DNA of 64,000 nucleotides from Octopus sinensis (taxonomy: Eukaryota), in assembly GCF_006345805.1 (NCBI RefSeq), contig NC_043019.1:18599360-18663359 (forward strand), read 5' to 3'. The stretch's first letter is position 1. Every line of letters begins with the position of its first letter. This document shows positions 1-14,094 of the stretch, in pieces. The notes under the pieces are model-generated. The model was not told the origin of the DNA, did no database searches, and saw nothing but the letters and a program-made list of their open reading frames with translations. The position numbers and the translations under genes were made by a program.

Positions 1-400
1 TCTTGGCGGTGAACTGTCATCCTTTCTCTGAGGGTAAGGCTCGTTTGCCCTATGTAGTCTTCGTGACACCCTTCACATCTTATGACACAGATGCGCAGGT
101 GAAATTATTTTTTATGATAAAGGTGTATCCCGACTGGAACTTGTACGTCGATCCCTCAAAGAGGTGGATGCAAGTCCTGCAGTTGGAACGACCACATTTT
201 TTGACGGTGGGCAGTGGGTTTGTGTTGTGTAATTTTGAGTTGGTGAGTAGGTTTTTTAGGGATTTAGGTTGTCCCTTACTTTTTATTATTTTGTGAGTTG
301 CGAGTAATTTTTTTAGGCGTGGGTCTTGATTTAGCTGTGGAATGTTGTTGTATATAATAGTGTAAGCTTCTGCATTTCTTGGGTTGTGTGTTGAGAGAAG
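1..400 (-). mobile_element. Penelope-like element fragment (linker plus start of GIY-YIG endonuclease), frameshifted
   Basis: Manual minus-strand translation: ...KGQPKSLKNLLTNSKL...VKKCGRSNCRTCIHL...KNNFTCAS / VIRCEGCHEDYIGQTSLTLRERMTVHRQ. This has the CxxxxCxxC linker and the CxxC-YIGQT GIY-YIG motif typical of Penelope. It runs off the window start. Confidence 0.85.
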
Positions 401-478
401 AGACAGCTACTGGGTCGAAATAATGGTTATACTGAATAAAGATTCATACCAAATTCATTTTCCGTTTTCCTCATCAAT

Positions 479-543
<65 letters not shown>

Positions 544-1089
544 ACATAATTCTGTTGATCAGTCTTGGCCTGATTACGACAATGTTGGAAGATACAAACC
601 AGGAATTTAGGCCAGATACCTATTTGTATTTGAAGCTATAACGAAAAATACTACAATTTGTTTTGTAAAAGCACTACTTTTTAAAACTATGTCTTAAATG
701 TATATAAGGTCTACTCTGTCAAGACAAATATCGCAGTTTCTAGGCTTACAATAGAATATCTGCGTTAATTATGATATACAGAATGAGGACTAATACTTCT
801 TTAGTCGCTACTAAACAATTTAGGCAGCGTGATCCATAGTAGTATTAGCTGAGAGTCTATGTGTGTATTTTATTGCACACACACACACACATGCGCATGC
901 ACACACGCATATATATATAATATTAGTTTGACACTCGGGAAAATGAACAAGTTTTTTACGTTTTGAGCCTATGCTCTTCAACAGAAAGGAATAAGAGAAA
1001 ATAAACAGATGAAAAGGAGAATGAAAAAACTTGTAGATTTCAGCAATCCAGCATGGCAAATGATTGGAAAAAAAAAGTTACATCTACTT

Positions 1090-1500
1090 CTAGAGATCTC
1101 TCCAATGTATGCCATGTTTTTGTCCTTACAAGAACCTTCTTCGCACCTTATGCTGTAGACTACATTTCTAATTTTACAGTTAATGCCAGGGGTTAATCTT
1201 ACATACTGCGCAGTTCTCATTAATGCATGTGGTATTTCCGAAGGGTCTTCATCCTACATAACTGCAATCTGATGGAGCCACCTGTCTTCTCAACGATCCC
1301 AACACTGAGTCTGATCTCCTTTAGAACCTTCCTGAATCTACAGGCTGATTCCCCATAAGATGTGGCCTCTACAAACATCACCCCTTGGTATTTGTCAGCC
1401 CTGTACCATGTGTTCACTCTTTTTGCTTTGTCACTAATCCTGTTTACTATTCCAGTTTTTACATTTGTATCTAGGGTGGGTACCACTGGCTTCATCACAT
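1090..1500 (-). mobile_element. Second Penelope-like fragment (different lineage), frameshifted
   Basis: ORFs 1220-1498 (VMFVEATSYGESACRFRKVLKEIRLSVGIVEKTGGSIRLQLCR) and 978-1220 (PGINCKIRNVVYSIRCEEGSCKDKNMAYIGEISRS) give the NC..NVVY..C...C....YIGE.SRS GIY-YIG pattern. Confidence 0.7.
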
Positions 1501-1741
1501 GTAATGTTATCTAATTACCTTCTAGCTCCCCTATATACACAAGTCATATCTTTCTGGTCATACCCAGAGAATTGCATGCAGTGTATGAAGTTCTATATAT
1601 GTTACCTTGTTTCATAGGGTTTGCATAGGGGGACATGTTATTCATTATCGTATGTCTGCTATCAGTATTGTAATTTTCATGAAGTGTGACAAGGCTAATT
1701 TCTTGTGTACAACATATTTAGAAGCTGTGAGTTTCATGTAA

Positions 1742-4700
1742 TGTTAGTTAGTTAGTTAGTTAGTTAATTTGGCTCAAAAGCAAATAGCAAGGCCATGTAG
1801 GGGGACATGGAGTTAAGTACAGGGTGGTGTTCATGTAAAGAGTTCAGTCCACTTGAGGTCCAGGGAGGCTTTTAACAAAGCGGTCGTTGGCATCTTCACC
1901 ATCTCGTCTGGCAGCTTGTTCCACGGATCCGCAACCCGGACGGAGAAAGCTCCTCTCCTTCGATTGAGATGAAATCGTCGCAGGTAGAGCTTTTCGGAAT
2001 GACCCCGCAGCCGACGCTCCGGAGCAGGAGTGAAGAACAGCTCTTTCGAGAGGTTACACTTCCCGCTTATGATGTTGTGGGCGAGAATGAGATCACCACG
2101 GCGGCGGCGTTTTTCAAGAGAATAAAGGTCGAGCGTCCTCAGCCTTTCGAGGTGCTGTATGTCTTTGAGGAGATAAGGAGAAGAGGCTTGAATCCCATAC
2201 TCCAATATGGGTCTCACCAGCGTGACATAGAGTGGCAGGAATATGGCTGCTGTGAGCATTCCGAATGACCGTCGAATCAAAAACAGAATTCCGCGCGCTT
2301 TGTTGGCAGCATGGACGCACTGGGCCGAAGGCGAAAAGGAGGAATCCACCAAGATACCCAGGTCCTTTACCTGATCGGTCCTCTCCAGCAGCAGACGACC
2401 CGGCTCGAAATCAAGTTGAGTTGCAGGAGTAGAGCCGACAGGCAGATGACAGCACTTTGACACGTTCAGACACAGGTCCCAATCGTTAGACCACTTCCAA
2501 ATTTGGTGGAGGCATCGACGAAGATCCTCTATACTACCGCGAGGAGCGACCAGTTTGATATCGTCGGCAAATAGAAGGGTGTGTTGCGTGAGGTCGTCGG
2601 GCAAGTCATTTATGAAGACTAAGAACAACAAGGGCCCAAGCACTGAACCTTGAGGCACGCCACTGCTCGCACTGGAGACGTCGGACCGCGAACCATTAAC
2701 TTGAACTTGGAAGGAGCGATCTGAGAGGAAGGCACCAACCCATCGTACAATATCCGGATGGAAACTATATGCTTGAAGCTTGACAAGTAGTAGGCGGTGG
2801 TTTACCGAGTCAAAAGCTTTGGCAAAGTCCAATAAAACGATGTCAACAGCATCACTATCATCGAGGATGCGCGTCACCAATTCTTCCATTACTAGTAAGT
2901 TGGTCAAGCATGATCTCTTCGGCACGAAGCCATGTTGGGAATCAGTGATCGAGGCTGTGTTTAGGAGGTGGAGCATCATACTTTTCTTAAGGATGGTTTC
3001 GAACATCTTGCTGATTATTGATGTAAGGGAAACCGGTCGGTAGTTAAGCGGGTCTTCGCGGCTCCCTTTCTTGAAAATTGGGCAGATTATCGCTGTTCTC
3101 CAGTCTGCAGGTAAACACCCGTCACCAATGACATATTGAATAGTCGTGTTAAGGGCTCGCAGATGACCGGAGCCAACGCTTTGATAACCCGTGGGTGTAT
3201 GCCGTCAGGGCCGTGACCCTTGTTGACATCGAGGCCTTGAAAACACGTTTGACTTGGTCCCGCGCGTGATGATCAATCGAAGCATTGGAGGTACCGATCT
3301 ATCAAATGGAGGGGGTTCACGACCATCATCTTGTGTTGAAAATAGTTGAAAAAGCCTCGGCAAATAATTGACTCTGTTGATAAGGGTCCTCAATCGATAC
3401 GCCTGTTGAGTCTACCACGTTGCAATCTGGTTGTTCAAGCGGGAATTCCGCTGGACCTGGGCAAAGAAGGTTTTGGATTGCTACTGGCATTTGCCGCGAT
3501 TTTGTATTCATAACTGAAGCGTTCTTTCTTTTCAATTTTCACGGCTCGGTCTCGTGAGTTTTGTACACCTCAAAAGCTGCAGTCGAATCCAGATTTTTGA
3601 ATTCAGCCCAAGCATATCTCTGAGTCGACGTTCTCGTTTTAACCTTCTTCGTCACCCAGGGCTTGTGTTTCCTTCCTCTTGGGAAGTCCAACGGGAACTG
3701 CCTGTCAGTCAAACAGATTACATATGCTTTGAGGGATGACCATAGTTTCGTCAACTGAGGACAACGTCATCAGGGAACGCCAGTCCAGAAGCGCGGAAGC
3801 CTCGGTTAGAATTTCAAGATTAATTGCGAGAGAGAAGACTCTACGTGGCAGCGAAGTAATCGTGGGCGTGGAAAAAGTTGTGTGCATGACGAACTTCAGG
3901 ACCGCATGATCACTCTTGCAAGAGGGGCGCACACAGATACGTCTGACACTGATCTTGGATAGCGGGAGAATACCAGATCTAGCATAGATGGCTGCTGCCC
4001 AGACCGATGCCTTGTCGGATATTCAACATGTGTGGCGAGAGAAAATAATCTTCAGCCACGTCAAGAAGGGCCTGGCCGAACAGGGAAGATGTTGTACAAA
4101 TTGATGCGGGCCAATCGATCGTGGGAGCGTTGAAGTCGCCTAGTACAAGCAGTCATGCGAAGCTGAAACGAATCTTATCGCTTCGAGTAGATGAGCATCG
4201 TCCTGGGGGTCGGCTAGAGGCGGCCTGTAGACAGCCACACGGGCAGGCAAAACTCAGATAGGCTCAGCTTGCAATAGACGGCATCGAATTTGGTTGTAGG
4301 TTGAGCATTTGTGGGTAGAATACCGCAGGACGGTTTGTGCTCAGACTTAACATACACAGCAACACCTCCACCTCGCCTTTTTCCTCTGTCACATCTGAAA
4401 AGGACGTAGCCCTGCAGGTGGATCTCTGAGTCCTTTACTGACTGAGTCAGCCAAGTCTCGGTGATAGCTATCACATCAGGGGAGTCGCGTAGGCCAGTGT
4501 AAATAGTTCACTGAACTTTGGGAATAGGAGCACGAGTTGGTGTAGACGCTGCTGAGCTGTGAAGTCTGAGGGGGGGAGTTGGGAAACAAGCAATAAGGGC
4601 ATCAGAGATAGCATCGTTGACGGGGGTATCAATTCACTTCGATTTGCCCTCACATCACTTTCCCTGTCTCAGCACTACAGCTGAGACCAGAGGTAGGACT

Positions 4701-4872
4701 TGATTATCTGTCCAACTTGGATTCGTAAAACCCTTCTCTCCCATTTGTTTCCTCATCTTTAGCTCGGATATCAGGTTCCTCCGGCGAATCTCTCTCTTAG
4801 TGAGTATTCCTCGCGAAAACCCATATTGAGGTCCTCCCAGGCATGCGTCTGAGCTCTGTTCAGAAAGACTGA
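1742..4872 (-). mobile_element. CR1/Jockey-group LINE: ORF1 C-terminus, frameshifted APE endonuclease and RT ORF2, 3' UTR with (TAAC)n tail
   Basis: Endonuclease motifs ITETWL, RCDR..RRGGGVAVYV, GDFNAP..DW and SDH lie at about 3.9-4.47 kb. RT motifs lie in ORF 1831-3006. A (GTTA)n tail on the plus strand sits at about 1742-1766. An ORF1-like TKREIRRRNLISELKMRKQMGEK segment abuts the N gap. Confidence 0.93.
1831..3006 (-). pseudogene. LINE reverse transcriptase (3' part of ORF2, disrupted upstream by frameshifts)
   Basis: QHGFVPKRSCLTNLL, LDFAKAFDSVNH, GVPQGSVLGPLLFLVFINDL, LFADDIKL, KDLGILVD, YVTLVRPILEY, RRRRGDLI, WNKLP. Confidence 0.95.
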
Positions 4873-4972
4873 NNNNNNNNNNNNNNNNNNNNNNNNNNNN
4901 NNNNNNNNNNNNNNNNNNNNNNNNNNNNNNNNNNNNNNNNNNNNNNNNNNNNNNNNNNNNNNNNNNNNNNNN
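4873..4972. other. Assembly gap (100 N)
   Basis: Run of exactly 100 N, a typical unknown-size gap placeholder. Confidence 0.99.
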
Positions 4973-6024
4973 TCCTCCAACCAAACCACAGACACAATGG
5001 AAGAAACCATGACAGAATGCAGCAAACGCAATTATTACCCGAGAAAATACTTTCATCATGATGGTGTGGGGGGGAGGGGTTTGATGGTTAGGTTGTTGGA
5101 CTAGCAGGGTCCGGCAGCACATTGTGCCCTTGGGCAAGGCTCTTCATTTCCTGCTGTTATCATCACATAACATTCACTTACCCATTCTTACACGGGTCAG
5201 ACAGAATCTGTTGAGGCAGATTTTCTATGGCTGGACACTCTTCCTCTCATCAACCCTCAACCGTTTCCAAGTAAGGTAAGATTTCCTCATGGCCACACAG
5301 GAAACAAACAACCACACTTGTATGACAGTGATGCTCATTTACAACTATCACATGATATAAAGACACAAACATACACATACTTTGTACAACATACATACAC
5401 ATATGTGTATGTACATATACACACAACAGGTTTCTTTCAGTTCCATCTATTAAATCCACTCACAAGGCTTTGGTTAACTCAGAGCTACGATAGAAGACGC
5501 ATGCCAAAATTGGTACTACACAATGGCACTGAATCTGAAACCACTTCAGTTGCAAACTCAGTCCATCATTTTCTGCTCCCTGCAGTTTCCATCATTGTAA
5601 ACATGACAATAACTTCTCACTTTTCTCCGAGGTTTTCCAAAACACACAAAAAAATTGCTGTCCATTTTCACATGTAAGTTTTTGATTTCCTTTAACATTT
5701 GTTTAGGAGTAAATTTGAAGTAGAATCTTACAGTTCAATGCACTTCCTGGTGCCAACCCATATCCGTTTTTCAAATGTGAGACATTTTTTATATGAGAGG
5801 AATTCAAAAGCACAGAACCAGCGCATCATTTGTGCTGACCAGAAATGTCAACAAATTTCACCATTTGTATCTCAGTGGAAAACAAGGACATCCACACAGA
5901 CACATAGAGATGATCAAGCTCCAAAGAAACTTGTGATGGTCAACATTGGCCAGGTTTGTATTTTCATTTAGACAGTCCAAAACATTGCGTTTTCCATTCC
6001 CCATGCCAAGTTCACCCAGCTATA

Positions 6025-6077
<53 letters not shown>

Positions 6078-6491
6078 ATAAACAAAATCAAACAGACAAG
6101 GTGTGTGTGTATAAACAAAATCAAACAGACAAGGTGTGTGTGTGCTGTTAGTTCATGGGTCGGCTGCATTTTAGGTGTAAGAGAACATCTTGTCAACGTT
6201 CCTGAAAATAAGTCACAGACAAGCAAGACATCAGGTATGCAGTATTGATAAGAGTCAAAACAAAGATGAAACATTGATGCCTGTCATTCTGAGAAAGGAC
6301 CCAATGCGAGTTGTCTCACTTGCCTAAGACTCACTTTCAGGGGTTTTTAACACCAGGCGTATTGAAAAGATATTCTCTTATGCCTAAAATGCAGCTAACC
6401 AATGAATGAACACACACACACTTTTTGCATGAGTGTGCTTGATTCTGTTTATATACCTTGACCTGCTCCTAATTCATATCTAAATCTAGAC

Positions 6492-6535
<44 letters not shown>

Positions 6536-6559
6536 AGGCCCTTCATCAGGTCTGACAAT

Positions 6560-6855
6560 GAGTGTTCAAGTTGATTGGATCAATGAAACAACCTGCTCAT
6601 GAAATTAATGTGCAAGTGGCTCAGTATTCCACAGACACGTGAACCCTTAACATAGTTCTCAGGAGACTCAGTATGTCACAAAATATGAGAGGGTAGACCC
6701 TTTGAATTACAGGTACAACTCATATTTGCCAGCTGAGTGGACTGGAGCAATGTGAAATAAAAAGACTTGCTCAAGGACACAATGCACAGCTGGGTATTGA
6801 ACTCACGACCTTGCAATCATGAGTTGAATGCCCTAACCACTAAGCCACGTGCCTT
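6560..6855 (-). mobile_element. tRNA-headed SINE
   Basis: Minus strand begins AGGCACGTGGCTTAGTGGTTAGGGCATTC...GTGAGTTCAATACCC (Pol III A/B boxes), then TGTGTCCTTGAGCAAG and GCTCCAGTCCACTCAGCTGG conserved blocks. Confidence 0.75.
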
Positions 6856-7692
6856 TGCTATGTATGCACACACAAGCTTCTTAGAGTTTCTGTCTACCAA
6901 ACTCCTTCGTAAGATACTGGTAAAGCAGGAATTAGAGTAGAAGACATTGGCCCAAAGAGCTGTAGAGTAGGACAGAACCTGAAGACACATTGTTGAGAAG
7001 CAGCAATAATAAGCAAAAAAAAACAAAAACAAGAAAAGAAAAGAATTGCTCTGTGAGTTCCAATGACCTATAAAGCCTATCTCTGCTCAATCAGAGTCAA
7101 TCAGTCAGGTTGCATAACAACACTAACCTTATCTCTGTTGGTTGAACATTTACAAAAGATATATAAATGCTCTTCTTTCTCACATTTAAAAAACACATAA
7201 AAAAGCAAAGGGGTACTTTCTGGGGTTGACCTTGCAAGTCACGTTGACTTTGAACTTTGACCCTCAAAAAATAACACTGGTGCCAGCAAGAGTTTGGCTT
7301 CATAAACATTATAATTGAAGATGAAATAGCAACACAGCAGGTGACTACATTAGCATCCTACAAGTATGTGAGTGTGTAGAGCCTGGTGTATACTTGTATA
7401 TATGTGTATGCAAACATATATGTTGGCATACATAAGTGCATACGTAGACGTATGCAAGAGGACATGCATGTATGGATGTGTGTGTGACAGCGCATGAGAG
7501 TTGTAAATGAGCGTCACTCTCATATAAGCAGTGTCAATCGTCTCCCATATTCTGGACAAACATGCCAAGCAGCCATAGGGAAATATTACCAGGTGAGGGT
7601 GGGCGACAGGGAGAGCATCCAGTTAGAGACAAATCTGCCATGCAAGCATGGAAAAGTAGATGTTTTAACTATTACACACACAGCCCCATGCT

Positions 7693-8085
7693 AGTAAGGT
7701 GCTAAGAGCACCATCCAAGCGTGACCGTTGCCAGAGCGACTAACTGGCTTCCATGCCAGTGGCACGTAAAAGGCACCATTCGAACGGGATCGTTATCAGC
7801 ATCGCCTTACTAGCACCTGTGCAAGTGGCATGTGTAAAAAGATTCAAGTGAGGTTGTTGCCAGTACCGCCTGACTGGACCCCGTGCCGGTGGCATGTAAA
7901 AGCACCCACCACACTCTCAGAGTGGTTGGCGTTGGGAAGGGCATCCAGCTGTAGAAACTCTGCCAGATCGAGATTGGAGCCTGGTGCAGCCATCTGGTTC
8001 GCCAGTCCTCAGTCAAACCGTCCAACCCATGCCAGCATGGAAAGCGGACGTTAAACGATGATGATGGTGATGATGATGATGATGT
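7693..8085 (+). mobile_element. RTE-type LINE 3' UTR ending in (GAT)n tail
   Basis: Ends ...GTCCAACCCATGCCAGCATGGAAAGCGGACGTTAAACGATGATGATG. Related copies are at about 9630-9850(-), 11180-11385(+), 15385-15570(-), 39090-39345(-), 40741-41555(-) and 58985-59145(+). Confidence 0.75.
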
Positions 8086-10084
8086 ATATACATGTGTAGA
8101 TTTTAAACTTCTTGGTTAACTTTGTGAAGGTGATAAGACAATAACAAACACTGTATGTAGCCCCCTCCATCCCATCATATCCACTCCAGCCACCCAACGA
8201 TGTCTTCAAGTTTACTCCATCATCCTAAGTCATTAATCAATAACTAATTAAGCCTCTGATCCACTATCCACTGGCTACTAAATGACATGCAGTCAGATGT
8301 GCTGTTGCATCTTGCACCACCACCACCACCACCACCACCACCGTCTACTCTTTGTATAGAACATTGTCCATTACAAAGAAACTAAGACAAGCACATGCAC
8401 TTCAGTAGCACCACTCCTCCTACTACTACTCACACGAATATACTATAGTGTCCACTAACGACAAAGCCTCTGTCACTAGGTACAAGATCAACTTGATCAA
8501 GTTTAGAATGCAAAAAATCTGTCTTCTGTGTCTGCACTTTACACAGATCATGGGCTGCATGTAGTGGCCTTCATTCGGAACCATATTTCTCATTAAATCC
8601 ATCCTCATAAAACAGAAGTATACACCATTAAGTGGAAGCTGTTAACCAAAACAGGATCTGAATATCTTTGCTTCAACCAAAATTACAATTCCATATTGAT
8701 TCTACATATACACAGAAAAGACTCTACAAAGCTAATGAGGTTCATTGCTAGAAATAGCAGCCAAATTACTTTAAAACCAAATTTTAGAAAAAAGGCACAC
8801 TGGGGATAATGTAACCCCTGTTGTACAATTCCAAAGAAAAGGAATGCTTCAGCTAAAATTATTATCATCTAATGTCCACTTTGACATGCTTGCATGGGTC
8901 GAGCAGATTTTGTTGAGGCACAGATGCCCTTCCTCTTGTCTACCCTTACATATGTCTGAAAAGAATCTCGCTTGTATGATGGTGATGTTCAGTTCCAACC
9001 ATTGCACACTCACACGCACACACGTATATGTGACGAGCTTCTACCTACACAAGAGGCTTTAGTCAGCCTGGGACCAATATAGACCCCACTTCCCCAAGAT
9101 GCCACACAGTGGAACTGAACCAAAGACCCTGTGGTTGGGAAGCTTCTTAACCAAACAGCCATAACTGCACATAGAAGTGACTTTGGCAGACATCTTCGTA
9201 CAATGGAGATTATTATTACTATTATTATTATAAGAATAGAAATGATAGAACAAAATGAGAGGAAAGTGCCTGCATTGGAAGATTCTTTACTCTCAATGTT
9301 ATGGCCAGACAAACAAAGCTAGGAACCCGAAGCATTTCCTGCAAAGTGAACCTGGTAGACTTATGCCAAGGACCACTAGCCTTCATTACCCATCTCTTGA
9401 GGTGGACAGGGTATAATAAAAAGGAAAAGAAAAAGGGACTGGGTGACAAATAAAAGGAATAGTGAGAGAAAGAGAGTGGGAGGGAGGGAGAGAAGGGAGG
9501 GGAGAGAGGAAGGGAGAGAGAAGAAAAAAATGCTTATTTCCCAAAATGATAATTAATGAAGGCAAAAGATGTGAAAAATCGAGGAGTGAAGGGCTTCAGA
9601 GGGTTGGGGTTACCGATTCCTGAAAAGGTACATCATCATCATTTCACATCTGTTGTCCATGCTGGCATGGGTTGGACGGTTTGACCAGGGTTGGTAAGCT
9701 GGAAGGCTGCACCAGACTCCAGTCTGACTTGGCATGGTTTTCTACGGCTGGATGCACTTCCTAATGCTAACCACTCCGAGAATGTAATGAGTGCTTTTAC
9801 ATGCCACTGGCACAGGTGCCATTTGCATGGCACCAGTATCTGCCATGACTACGGTTTTGATGAGTTTTCTTCTCAAGCACGACATAATGCCAAAGGTCTC
9901 AGTCTTTGCCTCCGAGAGGCCCAACATTCAAAACAAGCCCAGCCACTTTGCCTCCGAGAGGCCCAACACTTGAAAGGTGCTTCTTACATGCTACCAGCAA
10001 CAGGACACGAGCATCAGCCACGACTACAATTTCACTTGGGTGGGTCTACCCCTTCCACAATTAGAGATTAGCACTTCTTTATAT

Positions 10085-10912
10085 AGCCGTCCTTGTCCTT
10101 ACACCTCATATGACCATACCAACACAGTCTGATGCCGCTTATTCCCAAGTTTTTTCTCTCGAGAAGCTTACACCCTAGTGAACATGCACACTGACCCTGC
10201 ACATCCAGCAAAGCATACTGGCTTCACATGTCCTCAGAAGTTACATGTTTCACTACCATATAACATGGCTGTTCATACACAGGCATTGTACAATCTGCCT
10301 TTCACTCAGAGGGAGAGGCCCTTTGTTTCCTGCAGAGGTAGGAGCTCTATCTGAAGGGATTTGTGATTTGTCTGCCTTCCTACTTATTAAAATTTTGGCT
10401 TTTGCAAGGTTAACTCTAAGGCCCTTCGATTCTAGACCTTGCTTCCATACCTGGAACTTCTCTAGTCCTGGAGTGATTCAGCTATAAGAACAAGGTCATC
10501 ATCATTATAGAGGGGCTCCCAGGGGCAGCCAGTTTTAAATTTCTCTGTTTTTGCCTGGAGAACTATGATGAACAAGAGGAGGTTGAAGACTGATCTTTGG
10601 TGAATCCCTACTTGTACCCTGAATTCTTTGCCGTACTTGTTGCTTACTGGTAGCATCCCTGTACATAGCTTATACAGCTCTCACCTACCACTTGTCTATC
10701 CCTAGTTTCTGCATCAACTACCAGATAAGGGACTGGGAAACCCTGTCAAAGGCTTTCTCCACATAAACAAAGGCCAAGTACAGAGGTTTACCTTTGGCTA
10801 TGTATTTCTCCTGCAGCTGCCTTACCAGAAATATAGCATCAGTGGTGCTTCTACCTGGCACAAAACCAAACTGCATCACACCTGGACTAACTCTCTGCCT
10901 AATTAGTTGGGC
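10085..10912 (-). pseudogene. Degenerate RTE-clade LINE reverse transcriptase fragment
   Basis: FGFVPGRSTTDAIFLVRQLQEKYIAKGKPLYLAFVYVEKAFDRV, then VGIHQRSVFNLLLFIIVLQ...GCPWEPLY.DDDLVLIAESL (ORF 10462-10656). Confidence 0.9.
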
Positions 10913-12968
10913 TATGGCTCTCTCTCTCTCTCTCTAACTTTCATCACCTGATCCAACAGTTTGTATTTTCTCTTTTTACTTGTTTCATTCACTGGATTGT
11001 GGCCAGGTTGGGGCACTGTCCTGAAGGGTTTATTCAAACAACTTGTAACCAGTATTTATCTTTTAAAGTCTGGTATATATTCTATCAGTCTCACATGCTA
11101 AACTGCATGGGGACATAAACAAACCAGCACCAGTTATAAAGCAGATGGGGGGGGTAGACAAACACACGCACACACATAATAGGCACTGTGCTGACACCAC
11201 ATAAAAAGCACCCAGTCCACTCTGTAAAGTGGTTGGCATGAGGAAGGGCATCAAGCTGTAGAAACCGTGCCGAAACAGACAATGGAACCTGGTGCAGCTC
11301 TCCAGCCTTGCCTACCTCCTGTCAAGCTGTCCAACCCATGCCAGCATGGTATATTGGACATTAAATAATGATGATGATGATGATGACCACACACACAACA
11401 AGCTTCCACACAGCTTACATCTACCAAACCATCTCAGTAGACATTGGTTGTCACAGGCCTGAAGTTGGTGCTCCACAGAGGAAGTGAACCTGAAACTATT
11501 TGGTAGCAAAGCAAGCTTCTTGACCACACAGCCATAACTTAACCCTACAAAGACAAGAAAAGAAAACAGAAAGCCGCTTCTTCTTCTTCTTCTATTCCCT
11601 CTCCTCCCCATTCTCCTTCGCTGCTTTCCTTCATTTACCAGTTTCTTTCCTTGTCTTTTCCACTCAGAACTTCTTTACAAAATCCTTTCTCTTTCATCTC
11701 AGTCTTATTTTCTTATGAAAATTCCTTCAGTATTTTTATTATTATTAAACCAAAAAACATTTTTTCCTAAATTTTGTCCAAGTTTTTCAGTTCTTTTCTT
11801 TGTCTTTTTATGCTTTTTTTTTGGCCAGGTGCAGGAGTGTCTGTGCGATTAAGGAGCTTGCTTTGCAAATCTGTGGATTTGGGTTCAGTCCCAGAGCATG
11901 ACACCTTGAGCAATTTTTTTTTTACAATAGCCTAGGACTGACCAAGGCCTTAGAAACTCTGTGGAAACCCATTGTATATGTGTTTGTGTGTTTGTTTGAT
12001 TCCCCACCACCAATTGCCAACTGCTGTTGGTTTGTTTACATCCCCATTACTTAGTTCTGCTCAACTAAATCTTCCAAGGTGTTGCTCCAGCATGGCTTAG
12101 TCCAATGACTGGAACAAGTAAGAGAGAAGCAACACACTGTAGCTACACATTTCAATAAACCCTAAAATGTCCCCCAAAAAACACTTCTTTCTAACATTGC
12201 CTCAACAGAGTGAGGAGTGCATTACAGGCCCCATCCCACCCCTAACCTACCCCATCAAATACAGATGTTTAGAGGTACCTAAAATGCTACGAGAGAGAAG
12301 GGGGGGGTTAATTGAAAGTTGTGATGGTCATTGTCATTGCTTCTATAAAGGACATCCACCATTACATCTAACACCACCACAAGAGTCAGTAAGGGTCTTC
12401 TAGGACACAAGACTTGCTGGAAATAGCAGCCAAATTTCCCTCAAATCTCAGCCTTCTATCTTGAAAAAGAACACATTGTATAATGTAGTACTAAATATAG
12501 AATGGTCATAGTGGAATGTCTGTCATCCTGTGTCCATTCAATGAGGACTGACCGCCGCCGCCGCCATCTTCAAGAAGTAGGAGTCTGACTAATCCCAAGA
12601 GGTGTCTGTGTTTGTATTCCCCAACAAGGTTATGGCAATCTCGTTTCGCAATCACTACCATACCAAGGAAGCAATCATGGAACCCTCCATACACACACTA
12701 AACACAATACACAACTAGAACCCTCCAAGTTGCAAGACACATCTTAAACCACACCAATGCTTCCTATTACTCACACATCCTCAACATAGGAAAGACTGTT
12801 ACAAAGACTGACCTTCCTTTCCAAGGCCAGGAAATATTTCTGCTACCAACAGTTAACTGAACTGAACTGAAAACTCACGTAAAAACCAGGATAGAATATT
12901 ACTTTCATGTCAGAGAAACTGTTGGAAATATATTGTGTGAGTGAGTGAGTGAGAGTGTGTGAGAGAGA

Positions 12969-13011
<43 letters not shown>

Positions 13012-14094
13012 GATGGTGTATCTCTGAAAAGAGTCTCCCAACAGATTAGCCTGAAGTCACTCACCAACATACTCCAGCCTCCAACCTCCAGAACTTAGTC
13101 TTCTCACTACTTCTGCCACTGCTACTATAATGGTCTCTGATGCTTGAAGTTGACTGATATCCTTCAACATCTAAGAAGTATGGCCTGAGAAATTTTCTTG
13201 ATCAAAAGCTGACCTGAGTTAATCTGAAACAACCACCCTCTTAACTTCTTCACTGGATTATGCCAGCTCTACCCAAGCACTTAAACTCTCCACAATCACA
13301 AAAAACAACACAACCTTGCAATGACCAGAGGTTGTGCCCAGACCACATCATTCAACCATTGACACCTATAAAATGATTACTCAAAATTAATAAAACCATC
13401 AAGACATCGGAGTGATACTGTCCATTTCTGCAGCCAACAAGCCCTCGCGGCCCCTGTCTATTCCTTTCTATAGTCACTTCTAAATACATCCACAACATCC
13501 TACAATAATATTACATCTCTGCTAAAACTCAGCTCAGACAAATATGAGTGTGTGGGTGGCAAGAGTTAATAGAATAAGAACCAAGCATATATAAAAAAAA
13601 AATAATTACTGGAGTTTCATTCAATTAAAAATTCTTCAAGAAAGTGCCCCAGCATGGCCGCAATCTGATGACTGAAACAAATAAAAGGTGAAAAAGATAT
13701 ATATATATATATACACACACACACATATAAAACCTACATTCATACAAAAATAACAGTAGCAGAAAATGAGTGTGTTTCTGCAGGATTACTTGACCTGGTA
13801 GAAACTGCAGCCAAATATCCCTCATACCACATTTTACTGTTAGAAATAAAGAAAAACCATTGGATAATGTAGTCCCAGATATCCTATGCCTGGAAAAAGA
13901 ACATACAATGGTCATGGCTATGAAAGCATGGCTCATATGAGGTAATTTAGAATTAAACAACAAAAAGACTAACAGAATTATTAGTAACCTTGTTAGCTGC
14001 TACCTTGCAAGCCCTGTGCTGTTATATACACCCTCCCTTCATAAGCCAATGGTTTCATGATGCTCTTTCATTGTGTAGCATCCAGGGCTAGCTT

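Noticed and set aside
1969-2268. Plus-strand ORFs overlapping the LINE RT (also 2780-3043)
   Set aside because: They are antisense shadows of the RT reading frame.
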